Assembly (NCBI GenBank): GCA_003344405.1
Contig: NOWV01000100.1
Span: 124,001-188,000 of the forward strand
From: Trichoplax sp. H2
Taxonomy: Eukaryota
Reading direction: 5' to 3'
Length of the DNA stretch: 64,000 nt
Made by a program: the position numbers and the translations under genes. Numbering within the stretch: position 1 is the stretch's first letter; each line of letters begins with the position of its first letter. The notes under the pieces are model-generated. The model was not told the origin of the DNA. It did not search any database and saw only the letters and a list, made by a program, of their open reading frames with translations. This document shows positions 26,001 to 39,800 of this stretch, piece by piece.

Positions 26001-29000
26001 GATTCTTTCGAGAAAAATTACGATTACATTACTGTTTGCAGTAAACGATCTCAGCGAAAAATTTCTGGACTGTTATTACATGAAAAAGAAAACATTAAAT
26101 ATGGTCGCTGCTTCTATTAATACTCACTGTACTAATTGACGCCTTTTCTAGGGCTTACCGACACTGTTACTGTGAATCAATTAAATTATAAATGGAAAAT
26201 TACATCCATCTTGACATAAACGATATAAATACGAAAGTTCTTAGTATGTTATCTTGCCAGTCGTATCGTAGTTTGATAATTAATTTGCAATTGTTCTTAA
26301 TAATGCAATTAATCTGCAATTAAAGAAACTCGATGAACCCCTTCCCCTATACAATGTACATAAAAATGAGGGGGTTATGCCGATATCTAAAAGACTTATA
26401 TTTACCTGTTAATGAAAGGGATTAAAAGTGAAAAGGAATTAAATTTAATCGTAAAGCTGTCTGATATAAAATAATCTAAAATCTATATCGGAATTAGGTA
26501 TAAAGCGCTATAGCTTTCAAGAAAACCCTTCGATGATATCAATGCATGCCTTAGAGAAATTAATGTATTCATAATTACTCAGGGAAAACTCATTAACTTT
26601 ACTTTCTCTTATCATCTGACGAACATTTATGACATTAGGCCCCTATAAAAAGTTTTGTTTAACTTAATCGATCAGCAATTCGTATTATCAGAAATTTTTA
26701 ATAATGTCGCTACATTTAACAGGTAGAAATATTCACATTTTGCAAGGAAAAATTCTTTACATTACTTTACTGCAGTAGCCTCGGATAAATATATATTTCA
26801 TTACGAGTTATTGCCGCATTTACTGGAACGATAAAAATTATGATGATTTATGAACAATAAAATTAATTTTTCTTAACGCCTGCCGTAAACGACTAAGCTA
26901 TAACTGCTTTAAGCTCCAACGTTCTACTATCGGAAAATACAAGTTACTGATAGAATATAAATTCAACTCTAATGAAGCCTTCGTTGAAATAAAATTGCAC
27001 GACTTTACTGTAGCTTACTGTAATAGCGTTGTAACGGACAACCAATTTCAGATAATAAATGCTAATTAAAGAAGCCTTTTGGAATCGAAAATCAGGTAAC
27101 GAAATTTGGAAAAATATTTTTGCGTCTGTGTGGCCTTGTTATAGATGAACAAGGCCTGGTGTTTAATTTCTTGTATTAAAAGTCGCATTGATTAACAAAG
27201 CTTATAGTGCAGTAGAGAGAAAATTAAATGGTCTTATTTTAAAACTAATTTTGCTACATCGGCTCTATAGACCAAAAGCAGGGTCTGCACTAAGGTATAT
27301 TATACAGTAGCCGATTAATTGAATACAAGCGCTTTACTTGCAGAAAATAAATATTTCATTGACTAAAACTTTTACAAATGAAGCAAAAACGTTACCGGAA
27401 GATTGAAATTACTAATTTTCCGTGCTATATATTATCGGAGTATGATGAATGAGAATCAGTACTTTAATTGTAAAGCAGGCAAGATTTTAATTGCCTTGTA
27501 GCTTTCAATGCAAATGAAGCAGAAATCACTTTATGAGATTCAAGACTAATTCTCCACTTCAATAATATCGTGATAGAAATATTCTGTTTTAGTTGAAATA
27601 AGTACCATATTTTGCTTTAAGAAATAGTTTTTTATTCTAAATGCTTACAAATACAGCGAAATCATAGTATAAAACTCAAAATGAAATTTCTCTGTCTTAG
27701 CATTGCTTTAGTTACAATAATAAAAAAAGTTTGATGCCTCCTCTTTTAGCGTAAAAAAAGGTTTCTTTTGTTAACCTTAGGCTGTAGAAAATCTGAATAT
27801 CATGGCATTGCAGAGATTCATTTTAGTCTACATTTGCTAACAGCATTTGATGTTCTGGTGATGAGTAAAGAAGAATAGCGTTCTGTAGTTTGAACAACTT
27901 GTATATGAATTTCCTCTGTTATCAATTGAAGAATTACTTTGATACTCTTCTTAATCCATCATAAGATACTCCTGAGGAGATGCGTGGGACATTTTAGAAA
28001 GTTGAAGAAAACTCTTCTTCTTAGCTTAATTATGCTACAGTTCCAATGGCACTTTAAAGATAGTCTCCTCATTTGTTACGACCGCCACTCGCCAAGCAAA
28101 TCTAAACAAGAGGCTAAATTGGCTTGTTTACTCATAAAGAAATAAAACTAAAGTTTATATGCCAGGATCTTCTTACAAGAATAAATTAGCTATCCTGGCT
28201 CAATGAAGATAAAAAGATCCATTTATTAGCCAACGTTATTGTCTCGAAAGATTGGATCAATAATGGCTATAAAGCTGAACAATTAATCGTCCGCTATCAT
28301 ATTTTACAATCGGAACGGATCAATTAATATGAATACAATTTTAACACAGGATAGTTTAAATAATTATTGACATCTAGTTTACAAATTAATTAATCAATAA
28401 AAAATAAAATATGAACAATAATTCATTATTAAAGTTAATAAACGTAATTATTTCAAAGTTATGAACAGACTTTGACTGTAGATATGAAGCAAATCAGAAT
28501 AAACTAACTAGAATAAGAAAGTAACTAACGTTAGACTTTACAATCAAGTTTATTTGATATTGTCTAACATTTGTTGCCATTTGAGTTTCACTGTTAGCGC
28601 CTTCTATCAGCAACAAATTGCGATCATCGATGTATCAACATAGAAGGAAGTGTTTTTTATAGACAATTCTCCCTTTTAAACGCCACTGTGTCTAGCAATC
28701 ATCATCGTCACAATAAAATTCGACGAAAATCCAATTTTTTTAATAGAATCAGTCTGTTTTTTCTCTATTGAATTGTTTTCTCATCCATAGAAACAGAAAG
28801 GCTTATATCATTTATTTCCGTGGCAGATATTATTACCTTGGATTCGAATTATCCTTTTCCAACGGGTAGGATCATAGATCAGTAAATATTACCTGTCAAA
28901 GTTTGTCGATTTCAATTTTCGTCTTACTTTCCCAAACAGAATCCCTACTATTAACATTAAACTCTTAACATTACAATAAGAAAGAGGTAAGAAGAAATTT

Positions 29001-29294
29001 TAAAGTGGAAAAGTGTATCAAGTCAGATCGAAATGAAGCTTTAAGATAAATTTACGCCACTATTAATGAAAGTTTTTTTTCAAGAAAATTCTTCATAAAT
29101 GTTGTTATCCTTTGCAACTTAAAAGAGATACAAAAATTTTATATTGATTAACGAAGGTTAAATAACAGAAGTTACACGAATAACACTGTTGACAACTTGT
29201 ATCATTCTTAATTAGAAAACAATATCATTCAGTTATAAGAATTTCAACGGATATTAACTTCATTTCATAAACAATTAGTAATTCAAGCCGCACC

Positions 29295-30323
29295 ATGCCC
29301 ACGCCGGATGTCAGTTTTAATAACAAATCAATTCAGTCTATGCCAACCATCCCTACATTGGCAGTACAACTTACTGCTTCGATACCATCGGCTATAATCT
29401 TGATTTTTGGAATAACTGGCAATCTAGCTATCATCATAACCATGATTCGATATCACAAAACTAAAAGTAAAGAACGTTTCTTTTGTTTAATTGGCAATCT
29501 AGCAGGATACGACATTTTCATTCTACTCTTTTCAATGACCCTTAAAATGACAAATTACTTTATTACTTGGCCTTTTGGATCATTTCTATGCCATATCTAC
29601 AACGGCTTTCAAAGTTACTTTATGGCTGGCTCTGCTATCACAATGACATTTATGGCACTAGAGCATTACCGTGTTGTAATCAAAGAAGTGAATGCTTATA
29701 GCAAAAGTAGCGGAAAAATTATTATTACCGTAGTGATAGCGCTAACAGCATCTATTTGTGCTTGTCCTAGCATTATCTATTCCAAGTATGTATCTCACTC
29801 AGAATCTTCAGTAAAATGCTTCATTCAATTTTTTCAAGATCTTAACCAAGATAAAATAGTATGGCAAACTTATCGAAATTGTCGTTATGTTATTTTCTAT
29901 CTCTTTCCACTTATTGTTGTTGTAACAACTTATTTTCAAATGTTACTAACATTGAATCGATATTCAAGGACGTCTTTGGCAGAATATCATTTAACGAAGG
30001 TCAAAGAGCAGAAAAATATCATGAAAATGATTTTATATACCAACGTAACATTTGTCATTTGTTGGACACCTTATTTTATGTATGGTTTCATTGTCTATTT
30101 CAATCATACGATTGATGATGGCATACAACTACATCGGCTAATTCGAGTAGCTTGTGAACTAATTGCTTATATCAACAGCGCTATTCATCCATTTATCTAC
30201 GCTAAATATATGCCAATATGTCGACAAGCATTATATCGCCTTTCATGTTTTAGACAATCGCCATCGTCAAATTCAAACTGTGAATCAAGTACTAGTCACC
30301 ATGTTACGGTAACCAGTTGCTGA
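29295..30323 (+). CDS. Rhodopsin-class GPCR, intronless, related to the 48763/53661 pair
   Basis: 342 aa, 7TM. Motifs: GN, NLAGYD, WPFGSFLC, ALEHY (at the DRY position), ICWTPY and HPFIY (at the NPxxY position). The start context is CACC-ATG. Confidence 0.93.
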   Translation: MPTPDVSFNNKSIQSMPTIPTLAVQLTASIPSAIILIFGITGNLAIIITMIRYHKTKSKERFFCLIGNLAGYDIFILLFSMTLKMTNYFITWPFGSFLCHIYNGFQSYFMAGSAITMTFMALEHYRVVIKEVNAYSKSSGKIIITVVIALTASICACPSIIYSKYVSHSESSVKCFIQFFQDLNQDKIVWQTYRNCRYVIFYLFPLIVVVTTYFQMLLTLNRYSRTSLAEYHLTKVKEQKNIMKMILYTNVTFVICWTPYFMYGFIVYFNHTIDDGIQLHRLIRVACELIAYINSAIHPFIYAKYMPICRQALYRLSCFRQSPSSNSNCESSTSHHVTVTSC

Positions 30324-31510
30324 CATGAATTCAATCCCAATCAAAAGCATGCTATTCTGACTATTTTGAGTAGGTTATTATTTTACTAGTACTGAACTTA
30401 GTAGACAATATCCTTATTATTTTATATCAGTTTCCATTAATTCACTATATGTGCTAGGTAATACTAAACGGAACTTTAACTTGAAATAACAATCAGATCT
30501 TACTCTTAGACGTGCATTTGTACAGTACACTTACACAATTTAGCAGATTTTGAAAAATTTATAACCAATAGTTGTCGATTTTTTACTGTCATTATAATAA
30601 ATAAATCAAAAACCGTACTCGATAATAATACACCGTGTTCATTAAAATAATTTGTATTTTAATAACTCCAATGGTTCTTCTGAAACATATGAGATTCAAA
30701 TAAAACTTATTTTAATGACCATAATTCGGACTGGTATTTCTAGTAAACAGACATCATTGTTTTGTATTGATCGACATCGACTATACGAATAGCTTGCATT
30801 TAATGTTTTTGGTGATATTAATAAGCTACCTAATAAACAATCCAGAATACTACCGTCAAAACAGACGGTAACTTACAAAATCAATTAGGTGATCAGCGAA
30901 GAAGTAGCATTTAACGATATCATATCAGATCTCGTTGTAATCAACAGTATTGTCCATATTTAGAAATGTTTAGTACGTGATTAAGAACAAAATTAGAGTT
31001 CTTCAAGTATTAAACAAATCAAATAATAAATATTGTAAATATATATGAATCAAATTTTTAATTTAAGTCATTACTCTATACCTTAGTAATGGCGAAAAAA
31101 TAAATTTAATGCAAACTGTGTAAGCTAAGCAAGATCGTTAAACGAACAACTCATTTTTCTATCAATAGTACGTAGTAAAATAAAATTGACAATTAATAGA
31201 TCATCATCGTAATAATACTGCAATTTTTAAGTAATTAAAATTTAATAAATAGCAGCTATGAAGGCATCATCAGAAAAATGCCGTAAAAGAGCAACAAAGT
31301 TTGATTTCAATTAATATATGCCTTAAAAATAAGGCTGACAATCTAATTAAAATTAATGCAGGCAAATATTAATTATTGATTTAAATTACAGAGCGTTTGT
31401 GTCTTAATAATTTGCAAAATAAAGACTTTAATTATTGAGGCATCAATATCTAAGAGCATTAATATCTACTTAATAACATAGTCCTTTTTCTTCATAGATC
31501 AAAATAACTG

Positions 31511-34339
31511 CTAAAGGATAACAGCCGTATTATCAGGACCGCAAAAAATATCTTGCGCTGCATCTTTCAAAGGCACCTAACATCGTTGGCACGCGTGAAA
31601 TAATTGAAACTTAATCCATGACAATTATCGAAATCATAATTATCATTCACCTATACCTATAGTAATAATGCATTCTAATTTTGTGTCGTCTCCAGTGCAC
31701 TGCACAAGATACAAAACTTACATGACATGGCGCAAAAGCATCTTCGTCGTTACCTATACCAAGTTTACCAAAAGAACCTCTACCCCAAGTATAGACTTTT
31801 CCAGTGTCTAGACATAAAAGATAGGTTTGCCCGTAAATAAAAAGTTATTTGCAACACATTATTACTAAAATGTACCAGATAGTGCAACTGCATGATTTAT
31901 GCTGCATGCAATTTTCTTCACTTTTGCTCCATCTGGAAATCGAATTAACCGCGGTTCACGACAATCCATGATCTCGTTACCAACTCCCAATGCACCAAAT
32001 CCCCACACAAATACATTACCCGTCTCTATCGATGTGAAATGAGTAACAACTTAACATTTGATCATGCAACCTCAGAATTAAAGCTTTAACTCATCTCCCT
32101 TTAAACCCTACCAGTGCATGCTAAACAAAATGAACCTCCAGCTGCTACTTGTACAATCTTCTCCTTTATGCAGTCTAAGCTTATACGTTTGGGAAGACAA
32201 ATCTAAAGTTTATAAATAATTTTAAAGAAGCAAGCGATGAGACAGACTTCAGTTAACATAAGTTTTCATTATCAAGTGCTTGGGTCTGAAGACTCCAAAA
32301 TAGAAAAAAGGCACCTGCTTTGCATCATCATCAAACTGTAGCTGACTATATTCTGTATCACCCCAACCATAGACAGAACCATCATCTATTTCAAAGATAA
32401 CAAGAAAATTACTGGATTGCTATACGCACAATATTGCTTTACATAATCAAAACACTCATATCCCAGACCTGCTAGAGCTAGCACAGTATCAGCTGAAGTA
32501 GCTATATGGACGATTGATTTGTGCTTTAGCTCTCCTTCAACACAGGTAAATTGGTAAATATTTTCATGTTTTCCCAATCCTACGCGATAGAACAAATTCA
32601 TTATACAAGTAAATCTATTAAATTAGAGACGATAGGAATCAACAGCAGGCTACAATTATCCTCTAGCATACTTGCGAAGTGTTAAGTACTTGCCTGATTG
32701 GCCGTCGCTGCTTAAACCACAGGAAAATACCTGGCCATCGGTTGTAACTAATAAACTATGATCCAGTCCACAGCAAATCTGTCAACGATACAAAATTAGT
32801 AAGTATATTGTAAGCGCTTATTATATGAGAACTAAAATGAAAGCATTCAAAATTTCAAATACCTGTTTGAAAGATAAATTGGGTAAAGACTCTAATTGCG
32901 TAAACCTTGTGACCTCTGGCTCATGCGATTTCCTATAGAAAGACGTGACATGCGAGCAATTAAAGAGGAGCTCAATTCCAGCAATGTTTCTCCTTCCATA
33001 ATTGTAAAATTCAGTAATAATTACGGGTATCAGTAAGCAATATTTACTGGTTAATTCCGCATTGACCAAACAAATTGTTACCAGCTGCATAGACTAAAAA
33101 TGCAAAAATACAATGCATTACTAGAAGTTACTACACGATATAATGAAGCAAGTTGCACAATGTACATATAACTTTCCAGAAACACTGTTCACATTAATTA
33201 ACTGGTACAAATACGAAACGGAGAAGTAATGGTGCTTTAGATAGCTCAACATTAGTCACAACAGAGCATTATAAATCGATCTTAAAATAATATTATATCT
33301 AGTCAGAATGGCCTTGCAATCGTTGTCAATATGATTATCAAAAAGCTACATTGGTAGTAGTTGATTGTATTCAATTAAAGTACTACCAATTTGGCTTGTA
33401 TGTTACTAAGCATTACAATAGTAAAGTTAATTTGATACCTTGATTGTTTGTTGTTAAGATTAAAGAATGACTTCTTCCACAAGCAACTTGTTGAATAGGA
33501 AAGTTATGAGGCATTTCGACTGATCTTATACCTGAAATAGAACGAGCGTTAGCGATTATTAATTACCATTATCCATGAACAATTAAATTGGCTATTTCTT
33601 CTGATATCCATTAAACGATCGCTTAATAAAGGATACTAAAACTAGTTTGACAATTAGTGCGCAACCTTCAATACATTCATTTTCAGATGCCGGTAATCCT
33701 AGCTGTGAACGTAAATTTAATCCAGTAACAAGCACATCAGACGTTGCATCTGCCATAATAAGATAGTTATAGCCAATGCCAAGGCTAGTAATCTGTCCGG
33801 TAAGAGAGTGCAATTAGGAACTTTATAAATTAACTCTTATGCAAACAGCATCCAATTTAAACTTATGCGTACAATCAAGCAAACTTGTCACCAATATTGT
33901 AATCTTTTTTTTTTTAATCTATAAGGAAATATCTGTAGAACTAGTGCGACTGACCAATAACGAGAGTCCAACAAGGCATCTTGTTCAATTACTAAATGCT
34001 GAATTTGATGCAATGCCTCAAGCAAACTAATCTCTAGTATTCCATACGTTGTATTTATGTCATTCATTGCAGCTATACCTGTGGTGAGTCCAGAAGCATC
34101 GGTTTAGCAATATACTGTGTACTTAAAGTGCCATCAACCTTTTTTTCTACCAAATTCTGGCCTAAAATACCGCTATCAGCAGCCCCCCAGAGATAAACTC
34201 GACCTGCACGAATGGCTGCTGATGATATTGAACGGTAATTAACAGCAGCTATCCTTGTCGTAGTAGCGCTGCATCGTAATCCTCGTGGACAAAGATGTAA
34301 CACCTTGGTCATTGTAGTTAACTTGTTCCATAGTACCAT
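31511..34339 (-). CDS. RCC1L: RCC1-like protein (RCC1L/WBSCR16-type, probably mitochondrial), 12 exons
   Basis: Exons include 34339-34079, 33792-33666, 33531-33439 (QQVACGRSHSLIL), VYAAGNNLFGQCG, ICCGLDHSLLVTTDGQVFSCGLSSDGQS|GLG, VYGWGDTEYSQL, VFVWGFGALGVG and VYTWGRGSFGKLGIG. The last exon is 31576-31511 (DIFCGPDNTAVIL*). The N-terminus is Arg/Ser/Thr-rich and lacks acidic residues, like a mitochondrial presequence. An alternative ATG lies at 34387. Confidence 0.88.
32580..32693 (-). other. GC-AG intron in RCC1L
   Basis: The minus strand reads CAA TCA G|GCAAGT...CGTAG|GA TTG GGA. Only this donor restores the RCC1 motif DGQSGLG; the nearest GT, 4 nt further on, is in the wrong phase. Confidence 0.85.
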
Positions 34340-34495
34340 CCTAAAGACTTCAAGTTTTGTAATTTTAATGGATAAGCTTAATCGCATGTAGTGATGAAAG
34401 TAATAGCCAATGTTTAACGAGTAGTTACCATAGCGAATAGTTCGACGATGAGCATTTTATTCTTAACCTTAAATCCTTAATTACTCAGCTTCTTT

Positions 34496-34640
34496 AGTAC
34501 GGCTCGGTACGGTACGGTACGGTATTTACTTGGACAGAGTTGGACTCAGTACAGTACTGTACTGTACAGTACAGTGTACAGTATAGTATACAACGTAGAG
34601 TACATAGTACTGTGGTGCTGTACTGTAAGATACAGTACCA
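34496..34640. repeat. Cluster of TA-C(A/T/G)G-TA pentamer units upstream of RCC1L
   Basis: GGTACGGTACGGTACGGTA and CAGTACAGTACTGTACTGTACAGTACAGTGTACAGTA lie within ~150-300 bp of the RCC1L start. Confidence 0.9.
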
Positions 34641-35311
34641 TGTTAGTGATCCGGCTGAGACTAGTGGTCTAAATGGTCTGATGTGGTCCGGTCCGGACCC
34701 GAGTCTGCAGAATGGAATGCAAAGTATCATGGAGTATGTCTGCCTCCAAGTTAAGGCAACAGCTGTCTAACGAAAACATGAATAATATGACCGATCTTGG
34801 TCCTACTGCATGTATTTATACTATAATTAGTAGTAGCAGTCGTTATACCCTAATATAGATTCAATCTAGCTATTCACACATCAAGAACTACTCATGGCAA
34901 TTACCGTGACACTACAATTTTTCTGGAAATACAGTCGTAGAGCAGACTTTTTATCTCTATTCAGTTTGACTAACTTTATTGTGAGTTGTAGCAGTAGAGC
35001 AGAATAAGATATAGTCGATAAATATACTCTACAGAATTGGCGTAACTACTTGAAAGCGATGATACCTAACTTGTTGACAACGTGAAGACTGTTAACAATT
35101 TAACGTAACTTCTACTGTATTTTAAGATCAAAATTAGCTACCATATTGATCATAATCAAAGCATGGGTGTTATACTAACTAAATACTGTATACAGCTTGA
35201 CTGGTATTCTTACGTTGTATAATTCTAAACAGAATGATGTTGCCGAATAGTAATAAATTCTAGCCTGAAGCTACAATAGTTTTACAGTGCACAATCTTGA
35301 ACGAGAGTTCC

Positions 35312-35794
35312 AAGAACTAACCATCATTACAAACTTATACGGGTATATCACCAAACTACAACGACATTGCTACAATAATTATAAAAATTAACTGTTATCA
35401 CCTAACTAAAACAATATTGCTAGATTAATTATAAGGATTAGCTATCATTATATATATCACTAAACGACAACGACATTGCTAGAATAGTGATAAGAATGAA
35501 CCATCATTACATATATATACATGTTACGGATAAACGTACCTACAACGATTTGCTAGCATAATTATAAAAATTAACCATTATTACATACTGTATGTTGCCG
35601 TAACATATATACATATAAAATAATAAGAATGAACCACTATTACACATGCAGTAAATATATATTACCAAACTAAAGTGACATTGCTTGATTAATTATAAGA
35701 ATTAGCCATCATTACATATATATATATGTTATATATCACCAAACTACAACGACATTTGCTAGAATAATTATAAAGATTAACTATCATTTCATAT
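35312..35794. repeat. Degenerate AT-rich minisatellite, ~8 units of ~50-75 bp
   Basis: AAGAATTAACCATCATTACA-like anchors occur near 35312, 35384, 35433, 35492, 35566, 35625, 35697 and 35772. They are interleaved with ACAACGACATTGCTAGAATAATTAT-like blocks. Confidence 0.88.
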
Positions 35795-36839
35795 GTAATT
35801 GGCCATCCAAAAATATCAAAATGATTCTAATCTTTGCTTATCCCCTCTCGGCTGATTTGTCAACTATTATACAATTGCGCGTGTTGAAAAGGTACTCTAA
35901 TTGACAATATTTTAAAATGTTATCGTTGTATAATAGTCGAAGTATCACCCGAGAAGGTACTGTATAATCACATACTTTGCTCTAGATAAATGAATATATA
36001 TGTTACGTATGTTATGTATACATATCCATTTATAATACGTGCATTGTTACTAAGTTTGATTATGGTACAATGACTATACTAACTTCTAAAGCAAATTATA
36101 ATAGCAGCCTAGACAAATAAAAATAGGTAGCATAGATGTACATGAATTGAGTTTATCTTGAAAATATCTACATATGCCTTCTCCATCATCATAACTGCTT
36201 TCCGATGAATATTTTTAGCCGTTAATCACCACGGAAGGACTTAAAATGATGATAATATATCAGTACACAATATTTCTTTTATTGGCAGAATGATCTAATT
36301 CCGATGTCAGCTATGTGGTAGTTACCTATAGTAATTACCGGATTTCAACTAATTCCATCATTGTTTTTGCTATACTACGCGTTCTTACTGAATTGTCACC
36401 TGAATGCCAATATACACCATGCAGTGGGCATGTGATTATTCAAATAATTTGAATAATTTTTATTATTGCGTAAGAGGGAGCCGTTAACCCAATAAAAGAT
36501 GCCATGAATAATTAATTAACTTTGCTAATCAATTGCTTTTTCAACTCCTTGTTACGATAGGCTGTAGTTACAAGTAACGTGAAAGTTATGTGAACTAGCC
36601 AGTTGTAACTTGTAACTGTGCCTAGTAGTAATCGAAATTTTACTTTCTTCGACAAGGCACGAACTTTAAAGGTCATTTTACTACATATAATTCTTTTAAG
36701 ATATTGCTTCAACTATTCAAAACCATCTATAATTATGATAACGTGAAGAAATGAAACAACAATAACGTTGACGTCAATTATTCCCACTGTAATGTGATAG
36801 CTGATATTGCTATCAAAACTTCTACAGACAACGCCAGCA

Positions 36840-39800
36840 ATGAACGTCAAAATCAAAAACAGAAGTCAACATGCGATCGCCAATGAAAATTTTAATAATG
36901 GTAACTACCAAGCTGCACTTACATTGTACATGCAAATACTGGAGGACTGTCGCAAAGTTGATCATCAAATCGACAAGGCAACCCAAGCAGATCTATGTAA
37001 TGCCAACTTAAATGTTGCCAAAGCCCACTGTATGCTTTATCATAGCCAACAAGCAAATCACTTTTGTTGCCAATCACATCAATTAGCTAAGCAATTAACC
37101 GATAATCACTTAATAGTAGCCGAATACCATGATTGCTCTGGTGATATTAAAAGACTGGCTGGTCGATATTGTGAAGCATTGGTAGAATATCAAGAATCGT
37201 TTAGTACTAGAATTAGCGTCAAAGGAGAAGACAATCCGAGTACGGCAAAGTCATTTAACAAAATTGGTAAAATACTTTATTTACAACAAAAATATAATGA
37301 ATCTCTTCACATGCAGCAAAAAGCACGTAATATTTTATTACTACAAGTAGATAACAACAATATTCCAAACATCGATATTGCCGAAGTTTATTCCGATATC
37401 GGAATGGTTTACATGTCACAAGGAAATTTATTAGATGCAAGCATTCTATTTGAGAAATCGTTACTCGTTATTATTAAAATATTAGGAGAGAATAATCTAC
37501 GAGTAGCGGATATATATAATAAACTTGGTTCGGTTTATTTAATGCAAAATCAATTAGAAGAAGCTACAGCTATGTTTAAAAAAGCTTCTAATATAATTAA
37601 TGAGATAATCGGTCTGAATACTTTAGAAGCAGCTACGACTTTTAATAACTTTGCTAGAATTCAACTAGCGCAAGGCAAATACGACGAAGCCGAATTAATG
37701 TGCTCAAAATCTTTGAGTATACAAATAGTACGATTAGGGAATAATCATTTAAAAATCGCAGAAACCTATACAACTCTAAGCCAAGTGTATAAAGGAGTCA
37801 AGAAATACAATGAAGCAATAGATGCCCTACAAAAAGTCATAAACATGCAGCGTATGATATTAGGCGATAGGCACTTGATCATTGCAGAATCTTACTTTAA
37901 TATAGGTGAAATTTACGACTTACAAGCCAGCTATGACGATTCGCTATTATTTTATCAAGTATGTTTAAAAATTCGACTAGAAATTAGTGGGGATATGGAT
38001 GAAAATGTGGCCAAAACCTATCATCGTATCGGATTAGCCCAGTTCTCACTAGGAGAATATAACAATGCTCTAAATCACTATCATCATGGATTACGATGCT
38101 ATCTAGAAATGATTGGATTTCAGAATTTAACTGTAGCTTCATTACTTAATGATCTTGGACTTGCTAATCAAAAGTTAGAAAATTATAACGAAGCAATTAG
38201 CGTTCATTCTCAAGCTATATCCATACAACGGCGATTGCTGGGTCAATGCAATTCATCTTTAGCTTCATCATATAATAGCATTGCAATAGCTTATCAACTG
38301 AATGGCAACTTTAACCAAGCTATATGCATGCTACAGAAAAAATTAAAAATTCAGTTAGTATTACTGGGAAAGAACGATACAAAAATTGCTAATACATACA
38401 GCAATCTCGGATCGTTATATCAACTACAAGGTAAATATGTTGATGCATTAGTTATGTATAAAAAGTGTAAAAAAATTCTACTCAAAGTCTTGGGTAATAA
38501 CAATATAGATTTAGCAGAATCACACCGTAATATAGGATTCATTTACATACTACAAGGTCGATATGACGATGCAATGTCATTACTTAGGCAAAGTTTACAA
38601 ATTTATTATGAAAAACTAGGCCAAAATGATTTAGAAGTAGTTAAAGTGTATGAGAATATCGGATCAATATACAACTGCCAAAGAGATTTCAGTAGCGCAT
38701 TAGGAGCCTACCGGAAATGTTTAGCAATAAAGCTAACGCTGTTAGGAAATAATCATTTTGATTTAGCGGTGACTTATAGCGATATTGCTTCTATTTATTA
38801 TTCAATTGCTCAATTCGATCAAGCTCTAGGTTCTTATGAGAAATGTTTAAAAATTCAAGAAAACCATCTTGGTCTCGATCATTTACAAGTAGCAACAACA
38901 TATTATAATATTGGAAAGATATATTATCTACAAAACAAGCAAGATACCGCTTTAGCTATGTATAACAAGTGTAAAAATATCCAACTGAAAAGTCTTGGCG
39001 AAAAAAATCCTACCATTGCTAAATTATATATCAGCATAGGATTAGTACATGTATCGAAAGAGCAATATGAAGATGCTATGTTGTTATATCAGAAAGGATT
39101 AGCAATTCAAATAAAATATTTGGGTAGTAATAATTCGCAGACTGCATCGACTTTATCAAATATAGCATCAGTCTACAAAGCTCAAAATAAATTTGATGAC
39201 GCTATATCTTTATATAACAATTGTATTTCTATCGAAGAAGAATTATCGGGTGATCATCATGGATGCATGATAATATTATATCAAAATTTGGCCTCAACCT
39301 ATGAATCATGCGATAAATTAGACGATGCAATCAAGGCATATCACAAATGTTTAAATATTCAACAACACCTATTTGGAGAAAATAGTCTCCACGTCGCTTC
39401 CACATTTAATGATATTGCTTCCATTTACGTCAAGCAAAGCAAGCACAACGATGCAGCATTTCAATGTGAAGAAAGTATTAAGATACTTAATAAAGCTCTT
39501 GGAGATAAGAGTCTACTAGTTGTAACTATGTATAATAAATTAGCAAATATTTATGCAGAACAAGGGCACATAGATAAGGCTTTAACCACATTACATCAGA
39601 GTCTGGACATCTTTCTAGCACTTCGAAAAGAAAAAAGCTCCAAAAATGAAACTATTTTATTTCGAGACGCCTTAGAATGCAAACAACAATTTAAATGTTT
39701 TGATCAGATGTCATTATTACAAAAGACCGTCGATATTCAACAGAATTTTTTGGGTGACTACAATTCACTTGTTTCTATGTCAAATCATAACTCTGGAAGC

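Noticed and set aside
23100-29200. Short ORFs in intergenic DNA (also 40.3-45.4 kb and 54.7-64 kb)
   Set aside because: These have no recognisable motifs, mostly non-ATG starts and no consistent exon chain. I saw no tRNA, rRNA or snRNA by eye, but small exons or ncRNAs could be missed.
33628-33636. GTATCCTTT on the minus strand inside RCC1L as a U12 donor
   Set aside because: Using it gives phase 0 and an immediate stop in the next exon. The GT donor at 33665 keeps the frame.
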